IMG/VR virus record: IMGVR_UViG_3300021599_001018
Location: 1 to 64,000 of that record
DNA from: a virus
Length of the DNA: 64,000 nt
Reading direction: 5' to 3' (one strand)
The notes beneath the pieces were generated by a model. The model saw only the letters and a list, made by a program, of their open reading frames with translations, was not told the DNA's origin and did not search any database. How positions within the stretch are numbered: position 1 is the first letter of the stretch; the number at the start of each line of letters is the position of its first letter. Below, in pieces: positions 8,865-18,020 of the stretch. The translations under genes were made by a program, and so were the position numbers.

Positions 8865-9284
8865 TTACACAATTTTGTGCCACCATAACCAACCTAAGAT
8901 TCTAACAAAAAAGTATCTTAGTTTATTATCGAATTTATTGTCATTAACGATATTTGCCCAAAAAAGCATTTCATCATCAACTTGCTTTCTTGTCATTGAA
9001 TGGTCTCTAATGACATAAAGTCTATCATGAACTAAATATGCGAATAACCCATCATTAAAGGGTCTAACGATTGACCATAACCATTTAGGTACTGTAGACA
9101 TATCATATGTAAAACCTTTCGGAATGTTTATGATTTTTCCGCTACTTAAAATAATGGTTAATGGTTTCTCTATTCTCCAGTATTTAGAGCTCTTGTCTGA
9201 ATAAATATAAGATTGTACGATTAAATCATCGGTAAGTAGTTGCTCTACTATATTATCCTTAGTTATATAGCCTGCCTTTGCCAT
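8865..9284 (-). CDS. DUF1353 family protein
   Basis: IPKGFTYDMSTVPKWLW...AYLVHDRLY...RKQVDDEM. Confidence 0.8.
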   Translation of the reverse strand: MAKAGYITKDNIVEQLLTDDLIVQSYIYSDKSSKYWRIEKPLTIILSSGKIINIPKGFTYDMSTVPKWLWSIVRPFNDGLFAYLVHDRLYVIRDHSMTRKQVDDEMLFWANIVNDNKFDNKLRYFFVRILGWLWWHKIV

Positions 9285-9705
9285 TTGCTATTTGATTGGT
9301 TACAACTTGTAGATTTTCCGTTCTTATCGATGTAACCTGCTCATTTAGACTAATCCATTCGGCATTATTGTTTCCAACACCTGTTGCTATTTGCGTTGTA
9401 AGTAAATCCATCATTTCAGTATTTATATTATTATAGCTACCTTCGGGCTTTTGTGCTAAAATACGAAATACATTTACAAAAGTTTCAACACCAACTGAAA
9501 CCGTTGCTAAATCATCATCATTCAGAGATTGGCATGTCGTTCTTATATCATCTATAACAGGCTGCGATACATTAACAACAAGTCCAATAGATTCTGCTCC
9601 GGCCAAATAATTTTTTACAGCGGAATATCTAGCTATTTCACTTAATAATATATCAGCAATTAAATAAAAATGTTTTGCTTTAAGTTGTATTTCTATCATA
9701 TACAT
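9259..9705 (-). CDS. Hypothetical protein
   Basis: 148-aa ORF directly behind promoter motif at 9714-9721. Confidence 0.6.
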   Translation of the reverse strand: MYMIEIQLKAKHFYLIADILLSEIARYSAVKNYLAGAESIGLVVNVSQPVIDDIRTTCQSLNDDDLATVSVGVETFVNVFRILAQKPEGSYNNINTEMMDLLTTQIATGVGNNNAEWISLNEQVTSIRTENLQVVTNQIANGKGRLYN

Positions 9706-9723
9706 TATTTAATATAAATATAA

Positions 9724-10857
9724 TTATTTTTTATAGTTAAGCATATTTGTATAAACCTCATAATATCTATCTGCTATAATATCCCAATTATATTGTTTAC
9801 AAGTATCATAACCGTTTTCTTTTAATTGAAATTTCTGATTATTTGTAAGTTGTGTAAATTCATAAATTCCATTAGTAATCTCTTGCGGTGTAGAACCACA
9901 ATATAAACTATTTGAATCGGTTAAGAAATCCGATAACCCATCTACTCTAGATGATAGTAGTATCGTCTTTGATGCCAACGCTTCTAAAGCAACAATACCA
10001 AATGGCTCGTGCTTACTTGGCATTATCACAGCATCGGCTGAGTGTATTATATCAATTTTATTTTGGTTGTATACAGGTCCGTAATAATGTATTCCAGATT
10101 TATTTTGTAAAGCTTTTTCTAGTGCATTTATCGCTTCCACATCTCCTCCATTATAAGATCCTACAAAAATTAAATCAACGTCAACTGGTAATTCGGAATC
10201 CAATAATTCTACTATTGATTTCATAATGGCAAATCTACCAATATAAATAATTTTATATTTTCTATTTCCAGGTAATTTAATTTTATTTTGTTGTTTCCAA
10301 TTATTCAAATCAATACCATTTGGAATAATATCAGTCTTATCTATAAATTGTGGAAAATACTTTGCATACCCATTAGATACATTTATGATTTTATCTGCAT
10401 TTTGTAACCCAAACCACTCCATCTCAACGTGTGCTTTATGTAACCACATACCATCTATTGTATTAAAATCGGCGCACATTTTAATACCAACATTAGCCAT
10501 GGCATTTGCGGATAAATTCATTGAAACCAATAGGGGAACATTATGATACTTTGCCAAATACACTCCCGCAAAATATGTAGACCAATCGTAAGAATGAACA
10601 AAATCTGGTTTTGGAAATTTAAGTGCTTCTGCTAAATATACAGTATGCCCTAATAAAGTATTTATTGAACCATGTTGTATTTGTGGAATTGGATGCGATA
10701 CTCCAATATAATTTTTATCTTTGATTGTAGTATCTGGATAGCCGACTATATTAAATTCAACTCTATCCTTCAATCTTTCATAAATGTTTTTGAATTGTAC
10801 ACCAAGTCCACCTGTCGGTTTAGATATACTATCAGGAAATATACATAACACTTTCAT
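9724..10857 (-). CDS. Glycosyltransferase family 4 (GT-B)
   Basis: GGLG near N-terminus, HSYDW, IPNGID, GRF..K, PSKHEPFGIVALEA. Confidence 0.92.
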   Translation of the reverse strand: MKVLCIFPDSISKPTGGLGVQFKNIYERLKDRVEFNIVGYPDTTIKDKNYIGVSHPIPQIQHGSINTLLGHTVYLAEALKFPKPDFVHSYDWSTYFAGVYLAKYHNVPLLVSMNLSANAMANVGIKMCADFNTIDGMWLHKAHVEMEWFGLQNADKIINVSNGYAKYFPQFIDKTDIIPNGIDLNNWKQQNKIKLPGNRKYKIIYIGRFAIMKSIVELLDSELPVDVDLIFVGSYNGGDVEAINALEKALQNKSGIHYYGPVYNQNKIDIIHSADAVIMPSKHEPFGIVALEALASKTILLSSRVDGLSDFLTDSNSLYCGSTPQEITNGIYEFTQLTNNQKFQLKENGYDTCKQYNWDIIADRYYEVYTNMLNYKK

Positions 10858-10899
10858 AACTTACAATTTACAATTTTTTTTTAATAAAAACAAATATAA

Positions 10900-11322
10900 T
10901 TATGTAAGACCACACGCACCATCAGACATAATTATATCAATAACATCGCTTGAATTTATTGTTATAGCCGTAAAATTCATCGTTCCATCTGATGTTCTTG
11001 ATATACATTGCTCCAAAATTGAATTTTTGTACAGCGATACACTAATTTCTTCAAAAAGTGTTGTAGAAACATTTACAGAAATAGAATTAGTTGTTCCAGA
11101 GTGATTACCTGTTAAAAAATCGCCACCGGTTAATGGAAGAGAACCTTGAATGGCTGTAAATGTAATTCCTGATATTGTATTTATAGTACCCCAAATTGAA
11201 TTATTATCTACAATTAGGTTTACTCTTTCCCATACTAAATCACTTCCTAAGTAAATTTTATTAACGGTATTTGATCCCAATCTAAAATCTCCTACACTTA
11301 TTGAGCCTAATGATATTGCCAT
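10900..11322 (-). CDS. Small fibre-tip/receptor-binding-associated protein
   Basis: N-terminal NKIYLGSDLVW motif, a type that follows fibre genes ending in xEYxxxxPDxNTLYxI. Confidence 0.6.
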   Translation of the reverse strand: MAISLGSISVGDFRLGSNTVNKIYLGSDLVWERVNLIVDNNSIWGTINTISGITFTAIQGSLPLTGGDFLTGNHSGTTNSISVNVSTTLFEEISVSLYKNSILEQCISRTSDGTMNFTAITINSSDVIDIIMSDGACGLT

Positions 11323-11324
11323 AA

Positions 11325-14300
11325 TTAAATTATTACATATAAAGTATTACTATCAGGTGTTATACCACTATATTCTGCCGATGATAAAGATACTATTTTC
11401 AATATAGGTGAAGTTCCAGTAAAAGTATCTCCCAGGTTTGTTATGAAAGAACCCGATTGTGAGCCGGATCTAATAAGTGCAGATCCTGACACCGTCAATG
11501 AACTCGAAACCGTCAATGAACCCGAAACCTCTACTCTAGATCCAGATGCGTATACTAAATTAGACCGGTTTGAATTACTTGTACCATTACCAATGATAAA
11601 TGCATAATTTGCTGAGCTTGTTATATTATATGCACCCTGTACATGTTGGTAGCTACCCGCTGCTATTGTAAAAAATCCTTCAGCATGGGATGCCTCTGCG
11701 GATGCGGTTGTTGTATGTCCTTCGGCGTGCGCCCATCTTGCAGATGCCAAAGTTCTATATCCTTCGCTATGAGATCCTGTATTAGAGCTAAATGTTTCTT
11801 GTCCTTCGGAGTGGGAAAACTCACCATTTGCTGTAGTAGAAGATCCTTCGGCGTGTGAACCTTGTCCAAAAGCAATTGTACTACCACCTTCGGCGTGTGA
11901 GTATATTCCTCTTGCTATAGAAAAAATGCCCTCTGCATGCGAATAAGAACCGGTTGTCTGTGTTTGAAAACCTTCGGCGTGTGAATAAGATCCTGATGCC
12001 CATGTTTCTTGACCTTCAGCGTGTGAGTAGCCTCCTATTGCTTGAGTGTTAAACCCTTCTGTGTGTGAAGCTACTCCTATTGCTTGTGTAATCCAACCTT
12101 CTGTGTGTGAATATGCTCCTATTGCTATTGTTGAAATTCCTTCTGCATGCGAGCCTTCTCCTATTGCTTGTGTTGTTCGTCCTTCTGCGTGTGAGTCACT
12201 TCCCATCGCTTTTGTTCGGTCTCCTTCTGCGTGTGAATATGAACCCGATGCTAATGTTTGGTCTCCTTCTGCATGTGAAAAATTGCCTGCAGCCCAAGTG
12301 AGATTACCTTCCGAATGCTGACCGGCATTTCTAAATGAGTTTGCGCTAAATAGAGAATATATAAAACCATACCCACTTAGGCCGGGTGCACCAATAGTTG
12401 TAGTAGATCCATTGGTTGTTACACTGGTTACAACCCCACGTTGCCAATTAGTAGTTGGACCACGATCTGATCCGGCGGTATAAATAAATCCAGAGCCAAC
12501 AGGAAAAATACCTACGAAATTGCCAGTTATTGTTACCGAATTTGATGTATATCCCGATATAGCGTAAGATTCTGGATTAGCTGCCCACGTTCCAAATCCT
12601 TCAGCGTGAGCATAACCAATACTAGCTACTAAGTTGTAATAACCTTCGGCGTGCGAATATCCATTTTCACTGCCAGAGCTATATATTATGTTTTGCCTAC
12701 CTTCTGCATGCGAATATGCAGCAATTACTTCATTATTCCAGCCTTCCGCATGAGAAAAACTGCCAGATGCTATTGAACCACTACCTTCGGTGTGTGAAGC
12801 AAGTCCTATTGCAACGGTATACACTCCCTCAGCGTGCGAATATGAACCCGTTGTTCTTGTACCAGCACCCTCTGCGTGTGAACCTTCTCCTGATGCTTCT
12901 GTGAAGCCACCTTCTGAATGCGACCAGTCTCCTGCTGCTAGCGTATCTACACCTTCGGAATGAGCTGCTCTTCCAACAGCATTCCATAACGGACCAGCTG
13001 CTTCGGTTTGTTCACCTTCGGCATGTGAATACGCACCCGATGCCCATGTTTCTCTACCTTCAGCGTGCGAACCTTCTCCGGATGCAAGTGTTATTCCACC
13101 CTCTGCATGCGACCCAAGTCCACTCGCGACAACATAGGCTGATTCAATCCCTACACCCTCTGCATGTGCGTAGTGTCCGCTTGCTAATGTATAAACTCCT
13201 TCAGCGTGTGAATAGTTTCCTGATGCGTTTGTGGATGCACCCTGTGCATGTGAGTACAATCCATTGGCACCTACATCTAGTCCTTGCTGAAAACTCTGAC
13301 TAGTATGTATAAATCTAAATGAACCAGTTCCAGCAAATGTACTATTCCTATTGAATTGTATTTGAGTATCTGAACCACCAACTGTACTTCCACCGCCTCC
13401 GGCCGATGATGTATAACTTACTAACCCCGTAGTTGTATTATAAGTTAATACGAAACCGGTATTGTTTACAGCTACGCCACTTACAAACAATGAACCGGAA
13501 ACAGTAGTAGATCCAGTTACTATTAATGATCCTGTAATTTGTGTATTACTATTTATAGATACGATTGTACCCGTATCACTTATACTCGAACTTGTAATAT
13601 GTTCGTTGCCTGTTCCTTTTAATAATCTATTTTGAGGAATATATATTTCACTACCAAGATTACCATATGTTTCGGGCCCCATAAGCAAAACAGATGAAGT
13701 TACAGTAACACCATCCCCTCTATGAACAAATAGCCATTCATCTTGCACAGAATCATATAACAATGATCCAGAACCCGGAGATGAACCTGAATCTATAACT
13801 GCCAATCCGCCATATCTAATTGTTGGTGAAGATACATTTGTCGTAATCAGATTTGTTCCTATGTTTAATACCGATGAACTTATATATTGTATTGAAGAAC
13901 TACCTAACACTGTAAGATTACCACTTATAATCAATGAACCACTTATTGATTGATTTGCCGTAAATATATTACTTCCGGTTGTAGCAAAAGATGCGGTTTG
14001 ATTATTTCTAACAAATGAGCTAGTCTGTGAATTTATTACAAAACTACTTGTCTGCGAATTAGTTACGAAAGAGCTAGTCTGCGAATTTAATACATAAGGC
14101 GAAAGCATTGAAGCCGTTTGTGCATTAGCTACAAAGCTTGAAGTTTGTGAATTAGTTACGAAAGAGCTTGTTTGTGTATTTCTAACAAAGCTTGAAGTTT
14201 GAGAATTGGTTACAAATTGAGTCGTATCTACTGAACCAGCTCCAACAGCAGATGATGCTGTATAAGTTATTCTGCCAGTAGTTGTATCATATGTTAATAC

Positions 14301-17300
14301 ATGCCCCGATCCGGCCGATAATGCTGCTCCACTTACAAACACCGTTCCGCTTATATTTAAGGCGCCATTTATTGTATGAGAATCAGTTGTTGTATTTCCT
14401 ATTGTTACGGCGTTTTGATTAACAATAAATTCTCCACCAAAAACGGAAAGTGATGATGTTATCGTTACAGATCCTGATACTATCATAGATCCGCTTCTTA
14501 TTGTCAATCCATTCTCATCAAATCTTGCTCTTTCAATTCCCTTAAAATAAAATCTTGTTGCAAAATTATTAGCTCCACCTAAATCAGATCTTGGTTGTAT
14601 AATCAGATCACCAGCTAAGGTTGCGGGATTACCATTTGTTCCGGTATTACTTCCAGCTACTACTATTAGAGATTGTGTAAATGATGAAGATATATTAGTA
14701 TTGGATGCTAAAACATCTCCTATTCTTAAACCAAGACCATCGGTACTACCTCCAAAATGTGCACCACCTGCTACCCATAATTTACTATTTTGTATAGAAC
14801 CTACAGTACCTGCCCCAATACCAATACCTGATTGCGTTTGGTATAGAATACTTGAACCTAATGTAGTTGTTGTATTCCATATTGGTATAAAGTTTGTAGT
14901 TCCTACTAATTGCGAATTTGTAGTAAAGCTTGAAGTTTGTGAGTTTAATACAAATGAGCTCGTTTGAGTATTAGTTACGAAACTACTAGTCTGTGAGCTT
15001 ATTACAAATGATGAAGTCTGTGTATTTGTTACAAAGCTTGAAGTTTGAGTATTTCTTACAAAACTACTAGTCTGCGAATTAGTTACAAACTGTGTAGTAT
15101 CTACTGAACCAGCTCCAACAGCGGATGATGCTGTATAAGTTATCTGACCCGTTGTAGTATTGTAAGTTAATACATGGCCTGTTCCTGATGAAAGCGCTGC
15201 TCCGCTAACAAAAACAGTTCCACTAACAAATTGGTCGCCACGGAAAGTATTAGAACCAGTCGTAGCAAATGATGCAGTTTGAGTACTTCTAACAAAACTA
15301 CTTGTCTGTGAATTAAGTACGAATGAGCTGGTTTGTGAATTTGTCACAAAACTGCTAGTCTGCGAATTTAATACAAAACTACTTGTCTGCGAATTAGTTA
15401 CGAATGAGCTAGTTTGTGAGTTTGTTACAAATTGAGTCGTATCTACTGAACCCGCTCCAACAGCAGATGATGCTGTATAAGTTATCTGACCTGTCGTTGT
15501 ATTATATGTAAGAACGTGGCCGGTTCCAGATGAAAGCGCTGCTCCACTAACAAATACAGTTCCACTAATAAATTGACTTCCTCTAAAAGTATTAGAACCG
15601 GTCGTTGCAAATGATCCTGTTTCAGAATCCAATACATATGGAGAAAGCATTGAAGCGGTTTGTGCATTTAGCACAAAACTACTTGTTTGTGAGTTTACTA
15701 CGAAAGAGCTAGTCTGTGAGTTTGTTACAAAGCTTGAAGTTTGTGTATTTCTTACAAAGCTACTTGTCTGATTATTCAGTACATATGGAGAAAGCATTGA
15801 ACTTGTCTGTGAGTTCAATACAAATTGAGTCGTATCTACAGATCCAGCTCCGACAGCTGCTGAAGCTGTATAAGTTATTTGTCCTGTTGTAGTATTGTAA
15901 GTTAATACATGTCCCGATCCGGCCGATAATGCTGCCCCACTTACAAAGATTGTACCGCTAATAAACTGGTCACCACGAAATGTATTGGAGCCTGTAGTAG
16001 CAAATGAGCCAGTTTGAGTACTTCTAACAAAGCTACTCGTCTGTGAATTGGTTACAAATGAGCTAGTCTGCGAATTAGTTACAAATGAGCTTGTTTGTGA
16101 GTTTAGTACATACGGAGATAGCATTGAAGCAGTTTGTGCGTTTAGTACAAAGCTACTAGTCTGCGAATTGGTTACAAATTGTGAAACATCCACACTACCA
16201 GCTCCAACGGCCGAGGATGCGGTATAAGTTATCTGACCTGTTGTTGTGTTATAAGTTAATACATTACCGTTGCCCGAAGATGCTGCTGCTCCACTAATAA
16301 ATACCGTACCGCTAATAAACTGGTCACCACGAAATGTATTGGAGCCTGTCGTAGCAAATGAACCGGTTTGTGTACTCCTAATAAAACTGCTAGTCTGTGA
16401 ATTAGTTACGAAAGAGCTAGTCTGCGAATTTACTACAAAGCTTGAAGTTTGTGAATTAGTTACGAAAGAGCTAGTCTGCGAATTTCTTACAAAACTACTT
16501 GTCTGTGAGTTTGTTACAAATTGTGAAACATCTACAGATCCAGCTCCGACAGCTGATGAAGCTGTGTATGTGATTTGACCTGTAGATGTATTATACGTCA
16601 ATACATGGCCAGTTCCAGATGATAATGCTGCTCCACTTACAAAGACCGTTCCACTTATATTTAGTGCCCCATTTATTGTATGTATATCGGTTAATGTGTT
16701 TCCTATTGTTACGGCGTTTTGATTAACAATAAATTCTCCACCAAAAACTGATAGGGAAGAAGTTATATTAACCGTTCCGCTTATTATTTGATTACCTCTA
16801 AAAGTATTAGAGCCAGTTGTAGCGAATGATGCTGTTTGTGAGTTTAATGTGAAGCTACTAGTCTGACTATTAGTTACAAAGCTTGAAGTTTGTGCATTTA
16901 CTACAAATGAGCTAGTCTGCGTATTAGTTACGAAAGAACTTGTTTGTGAGTTTAATACAAACGAGCTAGTCTGCGTATTAGTTACGAAAGAGCTCGTTTG
17001 AGTGTTTCTAACAAAGCTACTTGTCTGTGAGTTAGTTACGAATTGACTGGTATCAACAGATCCTCCGCCTATAGCAGAAGACGCTGTGTATGTTATTTGC
17101 CCTGTTGTACTGTTGTAAGTCAATACATTACCGTTGCCCGATGATAGTGCTGCTCCACTAATAAACACCGTTCCACTAATAAACTGGTCACCACGGAAAG
17201 TATTACTACCAGTTGTGGAAAAAGATGAAGTTTGGGTATTTCTAACAAAACTACTTGTTTGTGAGTTTACAACAAAAGAGCTAGTCTGTGAGTTTGTTAC

Positions 17301-17600
17301 AAAGCTTGAAGTTTGCGAATTAGTTACAAAACTACTAGTCTGATTATTTAATATAAATGACCCTGTCTGCGTATTAGTTACGAAAGAGCTTGTTTGTGTA
17401 TTTCTAACAAAACTACTTGTCTGCGAATTGGTTACAAATTGAGAAACATCTACACTGCCAGCTCCTACTGCCGCAGACGATGTATAACCCACCTTTCCAC
17501 TAACGGAATCATATGTAAGTACATTTCCATCGCCAGCTGATTGCTGTGCTCCTATTCTTAAGTCTGCGATACTACCTGAGTCTGTGTAAAATATTGGCAT
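11325..17600 (-). CDS. Long fibre/adhesin protein: nonad-repeat stalk plus YadA-head-like SHAEG repeats
   Basis: 2091 aa; many (T/L/R/V)NSQTSSFV repeats, nine VLTY neck modules, 14-aa SHAEG repeats near the C-terminus. Confidence 0.85.
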   Translation of the reverse strand: MPIFYTDSGSIADLRIGAQQSAGDGNVLTYDSVSGKVGYTSSAAVGAGSVDVSQFVTNSQTSSFVRNTQTSSFVTNTQTGSFILNNQTSSFVTNSQTSSFVTNSQTSSFVVNSQTSSFVRNTQTSSFSTTGSNTFRGDQFISGTVFISGAALSSGNGNVLTYNSTTGQITYTASSAIGGGSVDTSQFVTNSQTSSFVRNTQTSSFVTNTQTSSFVLNSQTSSFVTNTQTSSFVVNAQTSSFVTNSQTSSFTLNSQTASFATTGSNTFRGNQIISGTVNITSSLSVFGGEFIVNQNAVTIGNTLTDIHTINGALNISGTVFVSGAALSSGTGHVLTYNTSTGQITYTASSAVGAGSVDVSQFVTNSQTSSFVRNSQTSSFVTNSQTSSFVVNSQTSSFVTNSQTSSFIRSTQTGSFATTGSNTFRGDQFISGTVFISGAAASSGNGNVLTYNTTTGQITYTASSAVGAGSVDVSQFVTNSQTSSFVLNAQTASMLSPYVLNSQTSSFVTNSQTSSFVTNSQTSSFVRSTQTGSFATTGSNTFRGDQFISGTIFVSGAALSAGSGHVLTYNTTTGQITYTASAAVGAGSVDTTQFVLNSQTSSMLSPYVLNNQTSSFVRNTQTSSFVTNSQTSSFVVNSQTSSFVLNAQTASMLSPYVLDSETGSFATTGSNTFRGSQFISGTVFVSGAALSSGTGHVLTYNTTTGQITYTASSAVGAGSVDTTQFVTNSQTSSFVTNSQTSSFVLNSQTSSFVTNSQTSSFVLNSQTSSFVRSTQTASFATTGSNTFRGDQFVSGTVFVSGAALSSGTGHVLTYNTTTGQITYTASSAVGAGSVDTTQFVTNSQTSSFVRNTQTSSFVTNTQTSSFVISSQTSSFVTNTQTSSFVLNSQTSSFTTNSQLVGTTNFIPIWNTTTTLGSSILYQTQSGIGIGAGTVGSIQNSKLWVAGGAHFGGSTDGLGLRIGDVLASNTNISSSFTQSLIVVAGSNTGTNGNPATLAGDLIIQPRSDLGGANNFATRFYFKGIERARFDENGLTIRSGSMIVSGSVTITSSLSVFGGEFIVNQNAVTIGNTTTDSHTINGALNISGTVFVSGAALSAGSGHVLTYDTTTGRITYTASSAVGAGSVDTTQFVTNSQTSSFVRNTQTSSFVTNSQTSSFVANAQTASMLSPYVLNSQTSSFVTNSQTSSFVINSQTSSFVRNNQTASFATTGSNIFTANQSISGSLIISGNLTVLGSSSIQYISSSVLNIGTNLITTNVSSPTIRYGGLAVIDSGSSPGSGSLLYDSVQDEWLFVHRGDGVTVTSSVLLMGPETYGNLGSEIYIPQNRLLKGTGNEHITSSSISDTGTIVSINSNTQITGSLIVTGSTTVSGSLFVSGVAVNNTGFVLTYNTTTGLVSYTSSAGGGGSTVGGSDTQIQFNRNSTFAGTGSFRFIHTSQSFQQGLDVGANGLYSHAQGASTNASGNYSHAEGVYTLASGHYAHAEGVGIESAYVVASGLGSHAEGGITLASGEGSHAEGRETWASGAYSHAEGEQTEAAGPLWNAVGRAAHSEGVDTLAAGDWSHSEGGFTEASGEGSHAEGAGTRTTGSYSHAEGVYTVAIGLASHTEGSGSIASGSFSHAEGWNNEVIAAYSHAEGRQNIIYSSGSENGYSHAEGYYNLVASIGYAHAEGFGTWAANPESYAISGYTSNSVTITGNFVGIFPVGSGFIYTAGSDRGPTTNWQRGVVTSVTTNGSTTTIGAPGLSGYGFIYSLFSANSFRNAGQHSEGNLTWAAGNFSHAEGDQTLASGSYSHAEGDRTKAMGSDSHAEGRTTQAIGEGSHAEGISTIAIGAYSHTEGWITQAIGVASHTEGFNTQAIGGYSHAEGQETWASGSYSHAEGFQTQTTGSYSHAEGIFSIARGIYSHAEGGSTIAFGQGSHAEGSSTTANGEFSHSEGQETFSSNTGSHSEGYRTLASARWAHAEGHTTTASAEASHAEGFFTIAAGSYQHVQGAYNITSSANYAFIIGNGTSNSNRSNLVYASGSRVEVSGSLTVSSSLTVSGSALIRSGSQSGSFITNLGDTFTGTSPILKIVSLSSAEYSGITPDSNTLYVII
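11640..13260 (-). repeat. ~42-nt period coding repeat (xSHAEGxxTxAxG beta-roll)
   Basis: Recurrent ccttc(g/t/a)gc(g/a)tg(t/c)ga on the + strand; boundaries approximate. Confidence 0.85.
13980..17460 (-). repeat. 27-nt period coding repeat arrays (NSQTSSFV) alternating with neck modules
   Basis: Directly visible in DNA and protein; boundaries approximate. Confidence 0.9.
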
Positions 17601-17603
17601 TTG

Positions 17604-18008
17604 TTATATTGATATTAAACTACTACTAATAAATATATTGTCGATTTGAGTTTCTGTTAGTCCTACTATACTTCCTATTGCGCCAACAGTTGGTGAAATA
17701 CGTGATATAGTATTTGCGCTAACCCAAGCCTCTTCGGTTATGATTTTTTGAGAACCGGTCATTTGTGTAATAATATAATCAACCTGGTCTTTCAAAGTTG
17801 TAAAGTTATTATCCGTTGCCGACTCTAATGCTAATTGTGCTTTGAATTGCCAACGCATTACTCTAATAGGGCAGTTAGTAATCAAATCTACATATGAGGA
17901 TGGTATTTCATCCGCATCCCCATTGAATGCTGCTTTTGTTTCTTCATTACCTTGCATATCGTAGTATGTTACCGCATTACCATTGATACTATATTTTCCT
18001 TTTTGCAT
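17604..18008 (-). CDS. Putative tail-fibre assembly/chaperone-like protein
   Basis: RWQFK...AWVSANTISRISP...GLTETQIDNIF resembles small proteins found beside fibre genes. Confidence 0.55.
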   Translation of the reverse strand: MQKGKYSINGNAVTYYDMQGNEETKAAFNGDADEIPSSYVDLITNCPIRVMRWQFKAQLALESATDNNFTTLKDQVDYIITQMTGSQKIITEEAWVSANTISRISPTVGAIGSIVGLTETQIDNIFISSSLISI

Positions 18009-18020
18009 ATATTTTTATTT

